This document shows positions 12,994 to 23,434 of a stretch of DNA of 33,596 nucleotides, in pieces. The DNA is from a virus. Its lineage: Duplodnaviria > Caudoviricetes. Numbering within the stretch: the stretch's first letter is position 1; each line of letters opens with the position of its first letter. Where the stretch lies: positions 1 through 33,596 of IMG/VR virus record IMGVR_UViG_3300027890_000003. The stretch is one strand, 5' to 3'. A program made the translations under genes and the position numbers. The notes beneath the pieces are model-generated. The model searched no databases. It was not told the origin of the DNA and was given only the letters and a program-made list of their open reading frames with translations.

Positions 12994-15507
12994 CTATGAG
13001 CCCGCTGCGCTGGGTGCAATCAGCCACTGCTGACCGTTCTTCTCGGCGTCGCGCTGCATGCGGCGCAGATAACCCGGGCTGAGCAAGTCCTGGATTTGGT
13101 ACAGCACCATGTAGTTCAGCACCGGCCGGACATAAAAAAGGTTCATGAACGGGGTGTTGTTCAACACCTCGCCGAACGCGCGGGCCGACACGTCGTCGCC
13201 GGCCAAAGCCTTGTGGTACAGATCGACGATGCGTCCGGCGCTGCTGATGACCGGGCCGGCCAGGCTCTCGACGGTGCCGGATCCCATGCGATTGGCCGCG
13301 CCGAACAGGAAGTCTCCGTAGACACCGGCACCGCCGCCCTGCACCATGGCCGCCAGCATGACCTTGAGCGCTTGGCCGTCCTCGGTCGGGTCGCGTGGCG
13401 TCTTGCCCTTCGCCACATCCTTCAGCGACATGGAGGCGTAGCCCAGCAGCGTCGACATGGCGATGATGCGGGCTAGGCCCTGGAACTCGCCATTCCCGTT
13501 GCGCAGCGCGCCGATGAGGCTGTCGCCCTCGTACCCGCGCCCGTAGACCTCGCGGCCGAGGATGCGCTGGGTGTAGGCCCCGGTGAAGCTCTTGAACTGC
13601 ATGGCGAAGCGCATGAACTCGCCGGTCCAGGTGCCGGGCCGCGTGCCCTGCAGCACGATGGCGCGCGTCTTCTGGTCAGGCTCAAGGGCCAAAGTCGACG
13701 TCTGGTCGACGTAGTAGGTGCGCAGTTTGTCCTCGATCTCGCGGCGAGCCCTGGCGATCTCGCCCTCGGTGGCGCTGGCGCCAGCAAACTCGCGCAACGC
13801 CTTCTCGTCGACCGTGCGCAGCGCCTCGGGCACGATGTAGGCCTTTCCGTCGACGTGCTGTTCGGCCGTTTGGCGGATGACGTTCCACTCGGCCTCGCCA
13901 ATGCCGTAGAGGCTGAGCACACGTTGGTACTCGCCGCCGATCTCGCCGAAGGTCTTGCCGGCCTGCAGCGCCATGTGATGCGACATGCCGAAGGCGGCCG
14001 ACGTGCGCATGCGGCTTGTCCACCACTGCGATCCGTTCCACTTCATGAAGGTGGACATGACGCGGGACATTGAGCCGGCCTCGTTGAACGACCCGACCCG
14101 GCCAAGCTCGCCGGCCATGTTGTCCAGCACCACGCCCAGCGATGCGGCCAGCTCGCGGCGCTCCGGTGCGCTGAGGTCGCGGCCCAGTCCGCCGACGGCT
14201 TCGGCCATGCCGGAGAAGAAGCCGCGGCCCTGGTAGCGCGCGCCGGAGCCGTAAACCGCCACGTCGTTGAGCTGTGACAGCAGCATGCCGCCCAGCTTGG
14301 ACAGCGATTCCCAGCTGCGCACGTTGGCCGAGCGCCGTGCCCACATGGCATTCCCGGCGATGTTCATCGAACCGTCGACCGCCGACAGGTAGCGGTCCAG
14401 CTTCCCTCCGGCCTCCGACAGCTTGGTCGCGGCCTCGACGTTGCCGGCGTCCTTGGCCGACAGCATCAGGTCGTCCTTGATGGCGTTGACCATCGCGGCC
14501 GGGTTCGTGCCCAGCATCTGCATGATGCCGGTGGACTGCGCGCTGCGCTCCAGCCCCTGTAGCACGCTTTCGCGCAGGTTGCCGCTACCGAACTGCTGGT
14601 TGTAGTCAAACCAGTCGTCGGCGCTCTTGAAGATGACCGAGCGCGACTGCGACAGCTTCTTCGCGATGTTGGCAGGGCCCTTGAAGCCGCTGGCCACGTC
14701 GTCCGGCGCAGCCTTGAGGTGGTTGCCGCTGGCCAGGTTCGTCCACAGCCCGCGCAGCATGTCGTCGGGGTCGGCGGCGCCGCTGAGCGCCTGCATCTGC
14801 GGGAGGTCAAAAGTCTGGCGCGCAACATCGGCCCAGGCCTTGAAGTCGGCCTCAGTGCCGCCGCCTCGCACTTTCTCGGGTACATGGCTCTGACGGGTGA
14901 TGTAGTCGTCTCGCTGGCCGATCCATGCGCCAGCCCGGTTGGCATCAAGGCGCGTGACCTCTTGCCACTTGCCCACGATGCGCGCGATCTCGACCGCCTC
15001 GGCAGGCACGCCGGACAGGTCGGCGCCGTCGCGGCGGATCAGGTACAGCGCCTTGGCGACATCGCGATCCATGGCGCCCGAGGCAAACAGCGCGCCGTGG
15101 CCGCTGGCCTCCAGGTCGTGCGTGAAGCCGGCGAAGTACTGCGCCTTCAGCGACTCCTGCACCGAGGCGACCGACAGCCGGGCGCCCTGCTTCGCGCGCT
15201 GCGTGCCCACCAGCATCGACTCGATGCCCAGTGCGACGTTGTTGCCGAAGTGCTGCTGCACCCAGCCCACGCGCTCCAGGCGCTTGGCCGCGTTCATGGC
15301 GGCGTTGCGCTTCTCGACGAAGGCGGCCATCTCGATCTGTTCGGCCACCTCCTGCCCGGCCTTGAGGCGGGCGTCTGGCTCGCTCAGACCGTCGCGGATC
15401 ATGACGTAGCGGGTCCGCGCCGTGATCGCGTCCTCCAGCGCGTCCAGCTCAGTCGCCGACAGCGGCGAGCCCTCGGCCTCGTTGACCTTCTCGAAACAGC
15501 TGCTCAT
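12994..15507 (-). CDS. internal virion (ejection) protein, large
   Basis: 837 aa, helical; GT..GEFMRFAMQFKSF and A.VQGGGAGVYGDFLFG motifs typical of epsilon15/BPP-1-like internal proteins; syntenic position. Confidence 0.8.
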   Translation of the reverse strand: MSSCFEKVNEAEGSPLSATELDALEDAITARTRYVMIRDGLSEPDARLKAGQEVAEQIEMAAFVEKRNAAMNAAKRLERVGWVQQHFGNNVALGIESMLVGTQRAKQGARLSVASVQESLKAQYFAGFTHDLEASGHGALFASGAMDRDVAKALYLIRRDGADLSGVPAEAVEIARIVGKWQEVTRLDANRAGAWIGQRDDYITRQSHVPEKVRGGGTEADFKAWADVARQTFDLPQMQALSGAADPDDMLRGLWTNLASGNHLKAAPDDVASGFKGPANIAKKLSQSRSVIFKSADDWFDYNQQFGSGNLRESVLQGLERSAQSTGIMQMLGTNPAAMVNAIKDDLMLSAKDAGNVEAATKLSEAGGKLDRYLSAVDGSMNIAGNAMWARRSANVRSWESLSKLGGMLLSQLNDVAVYGSGARYQGRGFFSGMAEAVGGLGRDLSAPERRELAASLGVVLDNMAGELGRVGSFNEAGSMSRVMSTFMKWNGSQWWTSRMRTSAAFGMSHHMALQAGKTFGEIGGEYQRVLSLYGIGEAEWNVIRQTAEQHVDGKAYIVPEALRTVDEKALREFAGASATEGEIARARREIEDKLRTYYVDQTSTLALEPDQKTRAIVLQGTRPGTWTGEFMRFAMQFKSFTGAYTQRILGREVYGRGYEGDSLIGALRNGNGEFQGLARIIAMSTLLGYASMSLKDVAKGKTPRDPTEDGQALKVMLAAMVQGGGAGVYGDFLFGAANRMGSGTVESLAGPVISSAGRIVDLYHKALAGDDVSARAFGEVLNNTPFMNLFYVRPVLNYMVLYQIQDLLSPGYLRRMQRDAEKNGQQWLIAPSAAGS

Positions 15508-17318
15508 GTCCTGATCCCACAGATGGCGGCAATGCGCGACACCTCGCCGATGGCTGCCGCGCGCTTTACCTCGTCGTCGAAGGCCGACAGGTTGGCGATG
15601 CGGTCCAGCGCCTCGCGCGGGATGCCGTTGGCTTCCAGATTGCGCACCAGGTCGTCCAGGCGCTGCACGTCGGCGGCCAGTTCCTTCTCGATCTCGGCGG
15701 CGCCCTCGCGCTGCTTGACCGTCGCGGCCTCGGAGGCCTCGCGGCTGCCCAGCGCGGCGGCGTCGGGCTCGCGCTGCGCGCGCGCGGCCTGCGCAACCTG
15801 CTGCGGCGTGGTGCGGTTGCCGATCAGGCCCGGGTCGCTGCGCACAAGCGCCTCGACGGCAGGCATGCGTCCTGCGGCGAAGTCGGCCAGCGCGACGCGC
15901 ATCGCAGCCTCGCGGGTCTCGGGCTGGGCCATGCCGATGACGAAGGCGGCGGGCGGCTCGGTGGTGCCGTTGATGGCGCGCGCGATGTCGGCGGCGCCGG
16001 TGATGCTCTCGGCCTCGGTCTTGACGCGGTCGGAAAAGCGTTCGGGCACCTCGCCTCGGTCCAGCGCGGCCAGCTGCTGCTCGGCCTGCGCCGCCTTGGC
16101 GTTGCTGTCGACGCTGGCTTGCAGTCGTTGCTGCGTGGCGTTGGCGTCGGTGAGCTCGTCGCCGATCTGCTTGCGAGCAGCGGCTTCGGCCTCCTTGCGC
16201 GACAGGCCCTGGCCCTGAAACTCCTTGGCGCGGCGCTTGAACTCGGGTTCGCTCTGGAGCGTCTTCAGCTGCTGCTGCAGGTCGACAAGCTGCGCCTTCG
16301 TCTCGGCGATGACGCGGGGCTCGGCGCGCTGCCCGGCCTCGGCCAGCAACTCGGCGCGGAAGGTATCGCGCAGCTTCTCGCCGGCCGTGGCCGCAGCGCG
16401 CTCCGGCGTCATCTCGTACAGGCGCGCAAACGGAGCGTCTGCGATGGCTGCCAGGGGCTGGCGCTCGGCCGGTTGCAGGACGCGCTGCTCGACGGCTGCT
16501 ACCGGCACCGTGTCGGATGGCTCCGTCAGGCCGGCAGCACGACGCTGCGCCGGTGTGAAGCCCGAGGCATCGAGCCGGCCGGCCTCGAAGTCCAGCACCT
16601 GGCGCACTTCCTTTGTGCCCAGCCCGGCGAAGCGCGCGTAAGGGTTGCCGCCGCCCAGGTGGTCGCCGATGGCGCCGCCAACCGCGTGCATGCCCCCGCC
16701 CAGCGCGGTGCCGAACGCCATGTTCACGAGGCTGTCGGTCAGGCTGTAGTCGTCCTGCATGGCCGTGCGCAGGCCGTAGGTCGGGGCCTCCAGGGCGGCC
16801 GCGCCGACGAAGCCCTCGGCGGCACCGATGGCGCCACGGGTCGCCGCCTTGGCCAGGCCTGCCTCTCCGGCGCGAGCCAGCATGCTCGCCACACGCGCCT
16901 CGCGCACGACCGGCACGAAGGCGGACGCCACGTTCAGAGGGTCAGCCAGACCGGCCAGCAGCATCGCACCGCCGCGCACCGTCGTGCCAACCCATGAGTA
17001 CGGAGTGGCGGCGTCGATCTCACGCAGCAGCGCCTGGTTGCGCTGGCGCTTGATGAGGATGTCGACCGCCGACTGCGTGTAGCCGCCGGCCGGCGCGGTG
17101 TGCTTGATGCCGGCGCCTTGAAACGCAAGGTTCGCCGCCTCCTGCGTCAGGCGCGGGCCCTGGTTGGCCTGCTGGAGCTCGGCGTAGTCGGCGATGACGG
17201 ACGAAGCGTTGCCGGTGATGGCTGACCCGACCGCGCCGGCAAAGGACAAGCGCGCGCTCGGCTGGATCTCGCCACGGCCGGCGAGGACGCCCGGGTCAGT
17301 GTTGACGAAGTACGGCAT
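15504..17318 (-). CDS. internal virion (ejection) protein
   Basis: Start MPYFVNTDPG at 17318 (TGATG coupling); LADPLNVASAFVPVV and Ala/Gly-rich membrane-like segment; 604 aa. Confidence 0.78.
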   Translation of the reverse strand: MPYFVNTDPGVLAGRGEIQPSARLSFAGAVGSAITGNASSVIADYAELQQANQGPRLTQEAANLAFQGAGIKHTAPAGGYTQSAVDILIKRQRNQALLREIDAATPYSWVGTTVRGGAMLLAGLADPLNVASAFVPVVREARVASMLARAGEAGLAKAATRGAIGAAEGFVGAAALEAPTYGLRTAMQDDYSLTDSLVNMAFGTALGGGMHAVGGAIGDHLGGGNPYARFAGLGTKEVRQVLDFEAGRLDASGFTPAQRRAAGLTEPSDTVPVAAVEQRVLQPAERQPLAAIADAPFARLYEMTPERAAATAGEKLRDTFRAELLAEAGQRAEPRVIAETKAQLVDLQQQLKTLQSEPEFKRRAKEFQGQGLSRKEAEAAARKQIGDELTDANATQQRLQASVDSNAKAAQAEQQLAALDRGEVPERFSDRVKTEAESITGAADIARAINGTTEPPAAFVIGMAQPETREAAMRVALADFAAGRMPAVEALVRSDPGLIGNRTTPQQVAQAARAQREPDAAALGSREASEAATVKQREGAAEIEKELAADVQRLDDLVRNLEANGIPREALDRIANLSAFDDEVKRAAAIGEVSRIAAICGIRT

Positions 17319-19489
17319 CAGCGGCGCGGGTTGAGCTCTTGTTGCCGACGGCGCATCCACTCGGTGGTGCCCTCGCCGGTGTTGTCGACGACCGTGGCCG
17401 ACTTGGCGCGCGTTGTGAGGTCGGCCCAGGTCAAGGTGACCGGCGCGCCGTTCTTGCCGTGCACGGCATAGACGCCACCATCTGCGCCGCGCATCCGCAG
17501 CTCCAGCCCGCTCTCGTCGCTGTTGGTGATCCACATCGACCGGGCGCGCAGCACGTCGTCGGTGAGCTTCTGCGGTGCCTGGCCGGCGAACACGACAGCC
17601 TCGCCACCCTTCACCAGCGTCTCAATTGCGGCCTCGGCCCCGAGCCGGACCTGCTTCAGGTCGTATTGCGTCGGCACGCGGTAGGTGTCGCCCCACTGGT
17701 AGCGGTGGCCCATGGTCTCGGTGTAGGCCTGGCGCGCGGCTTCCTTAGCCGAGCGGCCCTGCGACATGTAAAGCGTCGCCAGCTTCTCGGCTCCCTCCAT
17801 GACCCTCACCAGCGTGGTGTTGCCAGAGGCGCCTTGCGCCGTGAACGTGCGCTGCGCCTCGTCGAAGCTGGAGCGCAGCTGCTCGTTTAGGTCTTTCAGG
17901 TCGCCGGGCGGGACAAGGCCCTTCAGCTCGTCCGGCTTCATCGCCGAGACCTGCGCCATTCGCGAGCGGCTGGCGTCGTTGGGCATGTTGGGGATGATCA
18001 ACGCCGCCGTGGGCAGCTTGTTGTCGGCGGCGAGCTGTCCATAGACCTTGGGCCAGTACTTGCCCCACTGCTGCTCCAGCTGTGTGACCAGCGTGGCCGC
18101 GTTGGCGCCGCCGATCTGCTGGTCGTGGAACATGTCGCTGATGGCGTTGGCCTGGGCGTTGGTCAGCAGCTTGGCGCCGCGCATCTTGTTGCCGGTCTGG
18201 TCGTCGCGGATGACGTCGACCCCGAGGCGCAGCTGCTCGGCCTCGGAAGTGCGGGCGAAGAAGTCGACCACGGCCACCTTGTCGGCGGCTGGCTGCTTGG
18301 GGTCGTTCAGCACCTGCTGCATGACCTGCGCGGCCTGCTGCACGCGCGGCGAGGTGGCGAGCACATAGGCGGCCGGGTCGCTGGCGATCTGCTTCTCCAC
18401 CAGCGCCTTGGCCTGCTTCACCGCGTCGAACATCTGCGCGTTGCCGGCGAAGCCAGCGCCGGCGGTCGGCTGCTGCGAGGCAAGGATCTGCTCGCGCTCG
18501 GCCGCGCTGCTGGTGCGCATCTGCTGGATGGCGCCGCCGATCTGCAGATAGTTGCCTACCTCCTGCTGCCACATGGCCGGGCCGCTGGCGCCGTGCAAGC
18601 GCGTGTATTCCTCAACCGTGGGCGCCACACCGGCAGGCGGGGCAACGCCGGACATGACCATGGCCTGCACGTCCTTCGTGCGGCTGACCACGTCAAAGCG
18701 CCCTTCGGCAGCGCGCCGGCTCAATTCGGTGCGGGCCAGGTGCAGCGTCGAGCGCAGGGCCTCAGGCGACAGGTTGGAGAGGATGGGGTCATTCTTGACC
18801 GCTGCTGCAGCCTTCTCCGGGTCGCCGCCGCCGGCACGGTCCAGCAGTTGCTGCGGCGCAGACTCTGCCAGTGAGGTTGCAGCGCCAGCGGCCAGCGACT
18901 CGCGTGACTTCATAGCCAGATCTTGGCGCGCCGCTTCAGGGATGGTCAACGTGTTCGCCAGCGCCAGCCGGCGGGCCAGCGCTGCATTGAACTGGCTCGG
19001 GTCGGCGTAGACCAGCCGGCGGTCGTCGTCCAGGCCGCTACTGAAGTCGGTGGCTACCTGCTGCTGGCGGGCTACCGTCTCGGCCTGATAGACCTTCGCG
19101 TGTAGCCCTGCGCGCAGTTGAGCGGCCTGCCGGGCCAGCAGCGGCTTAGCGGTCTCGGAAGCCTGTGCGTCTTCCTCCTTGGCCCAGCCGTCGAACTCCT
19201 TGAGCAACGTATCAGTGGCACCGGCTAAGCCGGGCCCGTCCTGGAGCTGTTTCAGCCGCTCCTGCGCGCGCATCGAAAGGCGGCTCTCAGCATTGATGGT
19301 CTGCACCGCTGCCTCGTCGTGCGCTAGGCGCTGAGCCTGCTGCTCGTTGTACTGGCGCAGGCGCTCCATCGAGTTGGCGGCCGAGTCGATTCCTCGGGAC
19401 AGCCATGACACGTCGACACCCGACGGCATTGCCGGCCGCACTGTGCCGGTCGCAGCTTGGGACGCAAAGAATTGCCTAAAATTTGGCAT
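17318..19489 (-). CDS. internal virion (ejection) protein
   Basis: 723 aa, Ala/Gln-rich helical; synteny between the gp14-like gene and the larger ejection proteins. Confidence 0.75.
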   Translation of the reverse strand: MPNFRQFFASQAATGTVRPAMPSGVDVSWLSRGIDSAANSMERLRQYNEQQAQRLAHDEAAVQTINAESRLSMRAQERLKQLQDGPGLAGATDTLLKEFDGWAKEEDAQASETAKPLLARQAAQLRAGLHAKVYQAETVARQQQVATDFSSGLDDDRRLVYADPSQFNAALARRLALANTLTIPEAARQDLAMKSRESLAAGAATSLAESAPQQLLDRAGGGDPEKAAAAVKNDPILSNLSPEALRSTLHLARTELSRRAAEGRFDVVSRTKDVQAMVMSGVAPPAGVAPTVEEYTRLHGASGPAMWQQEVGNYLQIGGAIQQMRTSSAAEREQILASQQPTAGAGFAGNAQMFDAVKQAKALVEKQIASDPAAYVLATSPRVQQAAQVMQQVLNDPKQPAADKVAVVDFFARTSEAEQLRLGVDVIRDDQTGNKMRGAKLLTNAQANAISDMFHDQQIGGANAATLVTQLEQQWGKYWPKVYGQLAADNKLPTAALIIPNMPNDASRSRMAQVSAMKPDELKGLVPPGDLKDLNEQLRSSFDEAQRTFTAQGASGNTTLVRVMEGAEKLATLYMSQGRSAKEAARQAYTETMGHRYQWGDTYRVPTQYDLKQVRLGAEAAIETLVKGGEAVVFAGQAPQKLTDDVLRARSMWITNSDESGLELRMRGADGGVYAVHGKNGAPVTLTWADLTTRAKSATVVDNTGEGTTEWMRRRQQELNPRR

Positions 19490-19968
19490 CAGATATTCCT
19501 GGTCTCAACAGGTGCCGGCGGGCCTATGCGCGGCGCTCCAAAGTAGGTGCCGGCAGCTTCTGATAGCGACCCGAAGGCGCTCATCCAGCCAGTACGTCGC
19601 GAACTTTTTGCGCGCGACAGAAGACTCGTTTGCTCGTTGTCAAAACTCAACGCGCGAAGGTCGTTCTCGTAGCGCTGCGTCAGTACATCAAGCTCAAGCT
19701 GCCCGGCGCTTTTGCCCTGAAGTTCAAGCAGCGATCCGCTTGAAGGGTCAAAACCTGATTGCGCCGCTGCTGCGCGCTGCTGGCCAAGCCTGACAGCTTT
19801 CAGCCGTCGCTGCGTGTCCTCGTTGGCGGCAGACTGTTGCCGGGTTGCGCGCGCGTTTGCAGCGGCGCCGTTGGCTGCAGCGTCTGCCTCAGCGCCCGCT
19901 ATCTGGCCCTGGGCGATGCTTCCGACAAACTTGGTCGCCGCCGACGCGACCATAATTGCTGATGCCAT
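19489..19968 (-). CDS. small internal virion protein (T7 gp14-like position)
   Basis: 159 aa, G.QRAAAAQSG.D..SGS.L motif, Ala/Ser/Gln-rich. Confidence 0.75.
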   Translation of the reverse strand: MASAIMVASAATKFVGSIAQGQIAGAEADAAANGAAANARATRQQSAANEDTQRRLKAVRLGQQRAAAAQSGFDPSSGSLLELQGKSAGQLELDVLTQRYENDLRALSFDNEQTSLLSRAKSSRRTGWMSAFGSLSEAAGTYFGAPRIGPPAPVETRNI

Positions 19969-20383
19969 CTCTCACCCTTGCGTATAGCCAGGCGGCGCGA
20001 CCGTCTGGCAGGTAACCCCGCATCGGCTGTGGCGTCTCGCATTGAAAGCCCAGCAGTTGCGCCCAACGGCAGCCGGCGTCAAAACCTTCCGCCACCGCCA
20101 TCTCAATGCGGCGGCATGGTGTGGCGGCAAGCCGCGAACGGATTTCCCTTGTCACTGCCAAGAGGTGAGGGCCGGCGTCGGCCGAAAGCAGCGCCCATGC
20201 ATAGGCACGGCCCTCCCAGACATCCACCAGGCCAGCGCACGCAATAGGGCGTCCACCCACCAGCGCGGTCCAGCTATTGCCAAAGTCACTTTGCAGTGCA
20301 TCCGCGTTGATCTCGTCCAACTGCGCCGCCTGGGGTTGAAAGCCGACCAGATCGCCGGGCATGAATGGCCTGACGTCGATCAC
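19889..20383 (-). CDS. GNAT-fold virion assembly protein (T7 gp13-like position)
   Basis: PIACAGL...WEGRAYAW, GCRWAQLLGF.CE...MRGY.PDG; syntenic position. Confidence 0.72.
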   Translation of the reverse strand: MIDVRPFMPGDLVGFQPQAAQLDEINADALQSDFGNSWTALVGGRPIACAGLVDVWEGRAYAWALLSADAGPHLLAVTREIRSRLAATPCRRIEMAVAEGFDAGCRWAQLLGFQCETPQPMRGYLPDGRAAWLYARVRDGISNYGRVGGDQVCRKHRPGPDSGR

Positions 20384-20604
20384 AACTCGTTCTGAAACGG
20401 GTTTCCGCCGCGGCCTCCACCGCCACTAGGCGGGCGCGCAATCGGCGCCGTGGCTGAGATGGCTGGTCGCATCCGGTCGCGGGTGATTTTGAGCGCGCCA
20501 CCAGCGCCGCGAAACGGGCTGGCCTGCGGGCCGATGGCAGGCCGACCCTGGCCGCCCAGCACCAGCCGGCCGGCGCTCTCGTTGTCGCCCAGCAGCCGGC
20601 TCAT
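20380..20604 (-). CDS. small Gly/Arg/Pro-rich hypothetical protein (74 aa)
   Basis: ATG at 20604 overlaps the tail tubular B stop (ATGA); its stop overlaps the next start. Confidence 0.6.
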   Translation of the reverse strand: MSRLLGDNESAGRLVLGGQGRPAIGPQASPFRGAGGALKITRDRMRPAISATAPIARPPSGGGGRGGNPFQNEL

Positions 20605-22805
20605 CGGCCCTCCGACACCAAAGCCTGCGGCATGATGGCCACGACGGTAAGCGGCATCGGCCGGTCCTTCTTGATGACGACGTCCAGCGTCTTCTCGTAG
20701 TCGCCGTCCCACTCCATCTCGATGTCACCGGTAAATGGCGGCGGCGGGCTGCCCATCGGCACACTGGTGTTGCGGTACTTCATCTCGCGCAGATTGGTCA
20801 CGCTGTCGCCGGCCACGCCGCCGAGCGAATGGTCGACGCGGATGGTCATGACGTTGACACGCTTGGTCTTGCCCTGGGAGGTGCCGGAGCCGCTGCCGCC
20901 TTCCATGCTCATGGGCTGCAGGATGCCTTCGCAAGGCAGGCCGACCTGCACTTTGGAGTAGGCCCGCTGCAGCTCGATCTGGCCGCCGGTGACGACGCGG
21001 TCAGGGTGGCGGGCACCTTCTACCAGCACCCACACGGTTTGACCTTCGAGGTAGCCCAGGCCGGTGATGGTGGTGACAGGTGCGCCGTCGTAGGTCGCGA
21101 GCATGTCCGAGTAGCACCAGTCAGCCTGATCCATCAGGTCGGTTTCATCCTGCTCCTCGCCCAGGTAGGCGATGTAGCGGCGGGTAGTGCCGTTGATCGT
21201 GTAGCGCGCAATCAGCCACAGGTCATCACGCGAGCCGTCAGGCGCCGGGATGGTCTCGACGCACTCAACAGAGGCGCCGGTCATCGGGTGGCGGTGCCAT
21301 GCAACGACGTCGTGCTCACGGTCGAAGGTGCAGCCGACAAGCTTGCCGTCCGAGCGCACCGCCCACACGATCGACCACGGCTCCTGTTGAAAGGCCATGT
21401 CGACGATGCCGGGCTTTGGGATGTGGTGTGCGTACTTCGTGATGTCCGGGCTCTCGAAGCCGTCCTCTTCGAAACGGAAGGCCATGGCGCGCACCTTGCG
21501 GTTTGCCTTCTGCACGAACAGCGTGTCGGAGCCCACGCGCTGCGGCTGCACGCGGTTGCTGCCGTACTTGCTCTGACGCTGGGCTTTGCAGTTCTCTGGG
21601 CCGAACGGGTCGGAGGTTGTGGCCTCGACGATGGCCCACTCGTCGCCCGCGGTGCCAACCAGCAGCACGTCACCCGGCGACATCCAGCGGATCGCGTTGA
21701 CGCCATCGCTGGACAGCGTGCGTTCAAATCCAGAGTCGGCCGTCGTCACGCCGTTGATCTCGGTCACGAAGTTCTCGAAGTCGGCGGAGACGCTGAACCA
21801 GACAGTGGCGTCGCGAGAGAACACCAAGCGCTCCCGGAAGAACGTCACCGTGGTTGGGTAGCCGTCCGTGCTGTTCCAGGCCTGCAGCGCCCAGCGCGTG
21901 GTCGGGTTGCCGGAACCGACCGCGCCGGCCGGGATCTGCGAGATGACGGTGGCCGTGACGTGCGTTGTGTCCGTGAAGGCCGTGATCTTGGCCCAGCCGT
22001 AGCCGGCATCCTGGAAGGCCCACTGCACCGCGCCGTCGCCGTCGTAGGCCGCGCCGACCGTGTGCGTCGGCTTGACGCTGCCCGTCGTGGCCGTGTTCAG
22101 CGCCAGGTAGTTCTTGCCATCGCTGCGCCGCAGATCGCCAGCGGTCACGCTCTTGGCCGCCTCCCACTGCTCAGCGTCGCGCACGTCCTTCTCGTCAAGG
22201 CGGATGTACTGGCCCACCATGGCCGCCGTGAAGGTGGCGGCGCTGGCGATCAACGTCACGCTGCCGGTCGTCGCGCTCGCGTAGATCGTCGTTGCGGTGA
22301 TGTTCTGCGCCTTGAAAGGCGGAGGCGCGAAGTCCACCTCGGCCAGCGTCCAGTTCGTGGGCGCCAGGCGCGATAGCTTGTAGGGCGGGTGGCTGGCGTG
22401 CACCAGGTAGACCACATCACCGGTCTGCACGTAGCGCAGCGCGCAGGAGCCGTCGGCATTGGTCAGTTCGGCGGCCGTGTAGGGCGAGGCGATCTCGTAG
22501 GGGATGCCAGCCGACAATACCTGGCCACGGTTGAAGAGGAACCGCACGTAGCCGTCGCCGAACTCCAGCATGTAGCTCTCTTCGACGCTGAACTCGAAGC
22601 GCACCAGCCACGTCCTATCGGCGCTGTCTTTGACCTCGACGACAAAGGGAGTACCCGGCCGCGTGATGGCCGGCCCCTGCACCAGAGGCAGGAAGTTCTC
22701 CATGCGCTTGCAACCGTTGGTGTACTTGGCCACGTCAACCCGGCCCGCGATGTACGGGGACAGCTCGCCGCCGTTGAAGGCAGTGACGATCGGATTGAAC
22801 TTCAC
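20601..22805 (-). CDS. tail tubular protein B / nozzle (T7 gp12, P22 gp10-like)
   Basis: FNGGELSP...RVD..KY, NFLPLVQG...RPGT, YP..V.FF.ERL, AWHRH, GL.YLEG.TV; 734 aa. Confidence 0.9.
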   Translation of the reverse strand: MKFNPIVTAFNGGELSPYIAGRVDVAKYTNGCKRMENFLPLVQGPAITRPGTPFVVEVKDSADRTWLVRFEFSVEESYMLEFGDGYVRFLFNRGQVLSAGIPYEIASPYTAAELTNADGSCALRYVQTGDVVYLVHASHPPYKLSRLAPTNWTLAEVDFAPPPFKAQNITATTIYASATTGSVTLIASAATFTAAMVGQYIRLDEKDVRDAEQWEAAKSVTAGDLRRSDGKNYLALNTATTGSVKPTHTVGAAYDGDGAVQWAFQDAGYGWAKITAFTDTTHVTATVISQIPAGAVGSGNPTTRWALQAWNSTDGYPTTVTFFRERLVFSRDATVWFSVSADFENFVTEINGVTTADSGFERTLSSDGVNAIRWMSPGDVLLVGTAGDEWAIVEATTSDPFGPENCKAQRQSKYGSNRVQPQRVGSDTLFVQKANRKVRAMAFRFEEDGFESPDITKYAHHIPKPGIVDMAFQQEPWSIVWAVRSDGKLVGCTFDREHDVVAWHRHPMTGASVECVETIPAPDGSRDDLWLIARYTINGTTRRYIAYLGEEQDETDLMDQADWCYSDMLATYDGAPVTTITGLGYLEGQTVWVLVEGARHPDRVVTGGQIELQRAYSKVQVGLPCEGILQPMSMEGGSGSGTSQGKTKRVNVMTIRVDHSLGGVAGDSVTNLREMKYRNTSVPMGSPPPPFTGDIEMEWDGDYEKTLDVVIKKDRPMPLTVVAIMPQALVSEGR

Positions 22806-23407
22806 AGGTTCTCCAGCAGCGCGCGAGTCCAGCTGCTGGGCGGGACTTGGCGCGGCGGCTGTTCAATGGCGTTGACGCGGCGAGCGTCGCGCAGAGCCTG
22901 CTTACGTTCGTCCCAGGCCTGCTGGCGTTTGGACAGGTTCTGCGTGATGCGCTCGCAGATCTCAGCGGCCAGGCGGCACGCAAAGGCCTCGACAAACAGT
23001 GCGGGATAGAGGCCGGGCGTGGTCACGCGGCGGATGTAGCGGATGTTCAACGGCGAACCTTGGTCGGTCGCGATGACCGTGCCCGCATCGCTGCCCTCGA
23101 TCTGAAACAGCGCGCCGTTGTCGGAGTCGTAGAACGTGTAGTTCTCACCCACCTCCACCATGGCGAGGTAGTCTGCTGGCAGCGGGTACTGATAGCTCCA
23201 GCCGAACACCGGCGCCGTGCTGCTGGCAGGGAGCTGGACGCGCTTGATCGCAAACGTCCAGGGCTGGGCGGCCAGTTCGGCCTCCAGCTTGACGTTGTAG
23301 ATCGCGCTCAGCACCCGCGCGGACTCAGCGTCGTCCAGCAGGCTGACGATGCGCGCCGCGCCGGCCTTGGTCAGCGCCTGGTTGCAGATTTCGACTTGAG
23401 AGGCCAT
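22802..23407 (-). CDS. tail tubular protein A / adaptor (T7 gp11-like)
   Basis: MASQVEICN.AL...G...I.SL, PWTFA.KR..L, Y.YPLP.DYL, F.EA.ACRLA.E. Confidence 0.9.
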   Translation of the reverse strand: MASQVEICNQALTKAGAARIVSLLDDAESARVLSAIYNVKLEAELAAQPWTFAIKRVQLPASSTAPVFGWSYQYPLPADYLAMVEVGENYTFYDSDNGALFQIEGSDAGTVIATDQGSPLNIRYIRRVTTPGLYPALFVEAFACRLAAEICERITQNLSKRQQAWDERKQALRDARRVNAIEQPPRQVPPSSWTRALLENL

Positions 23408-23434
23408 TGGTGGTGCACCGGCAAAGTACGGGAA

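Noticed and set aside
22020-22170. Carbohydrate-binding-like insert (WEAAKSVTAGDLRRSDGKNY...) in tail tubular B as a novelty
   Set aside because: Plausible, but such inserts are common in nozzle proteins of this phage group.
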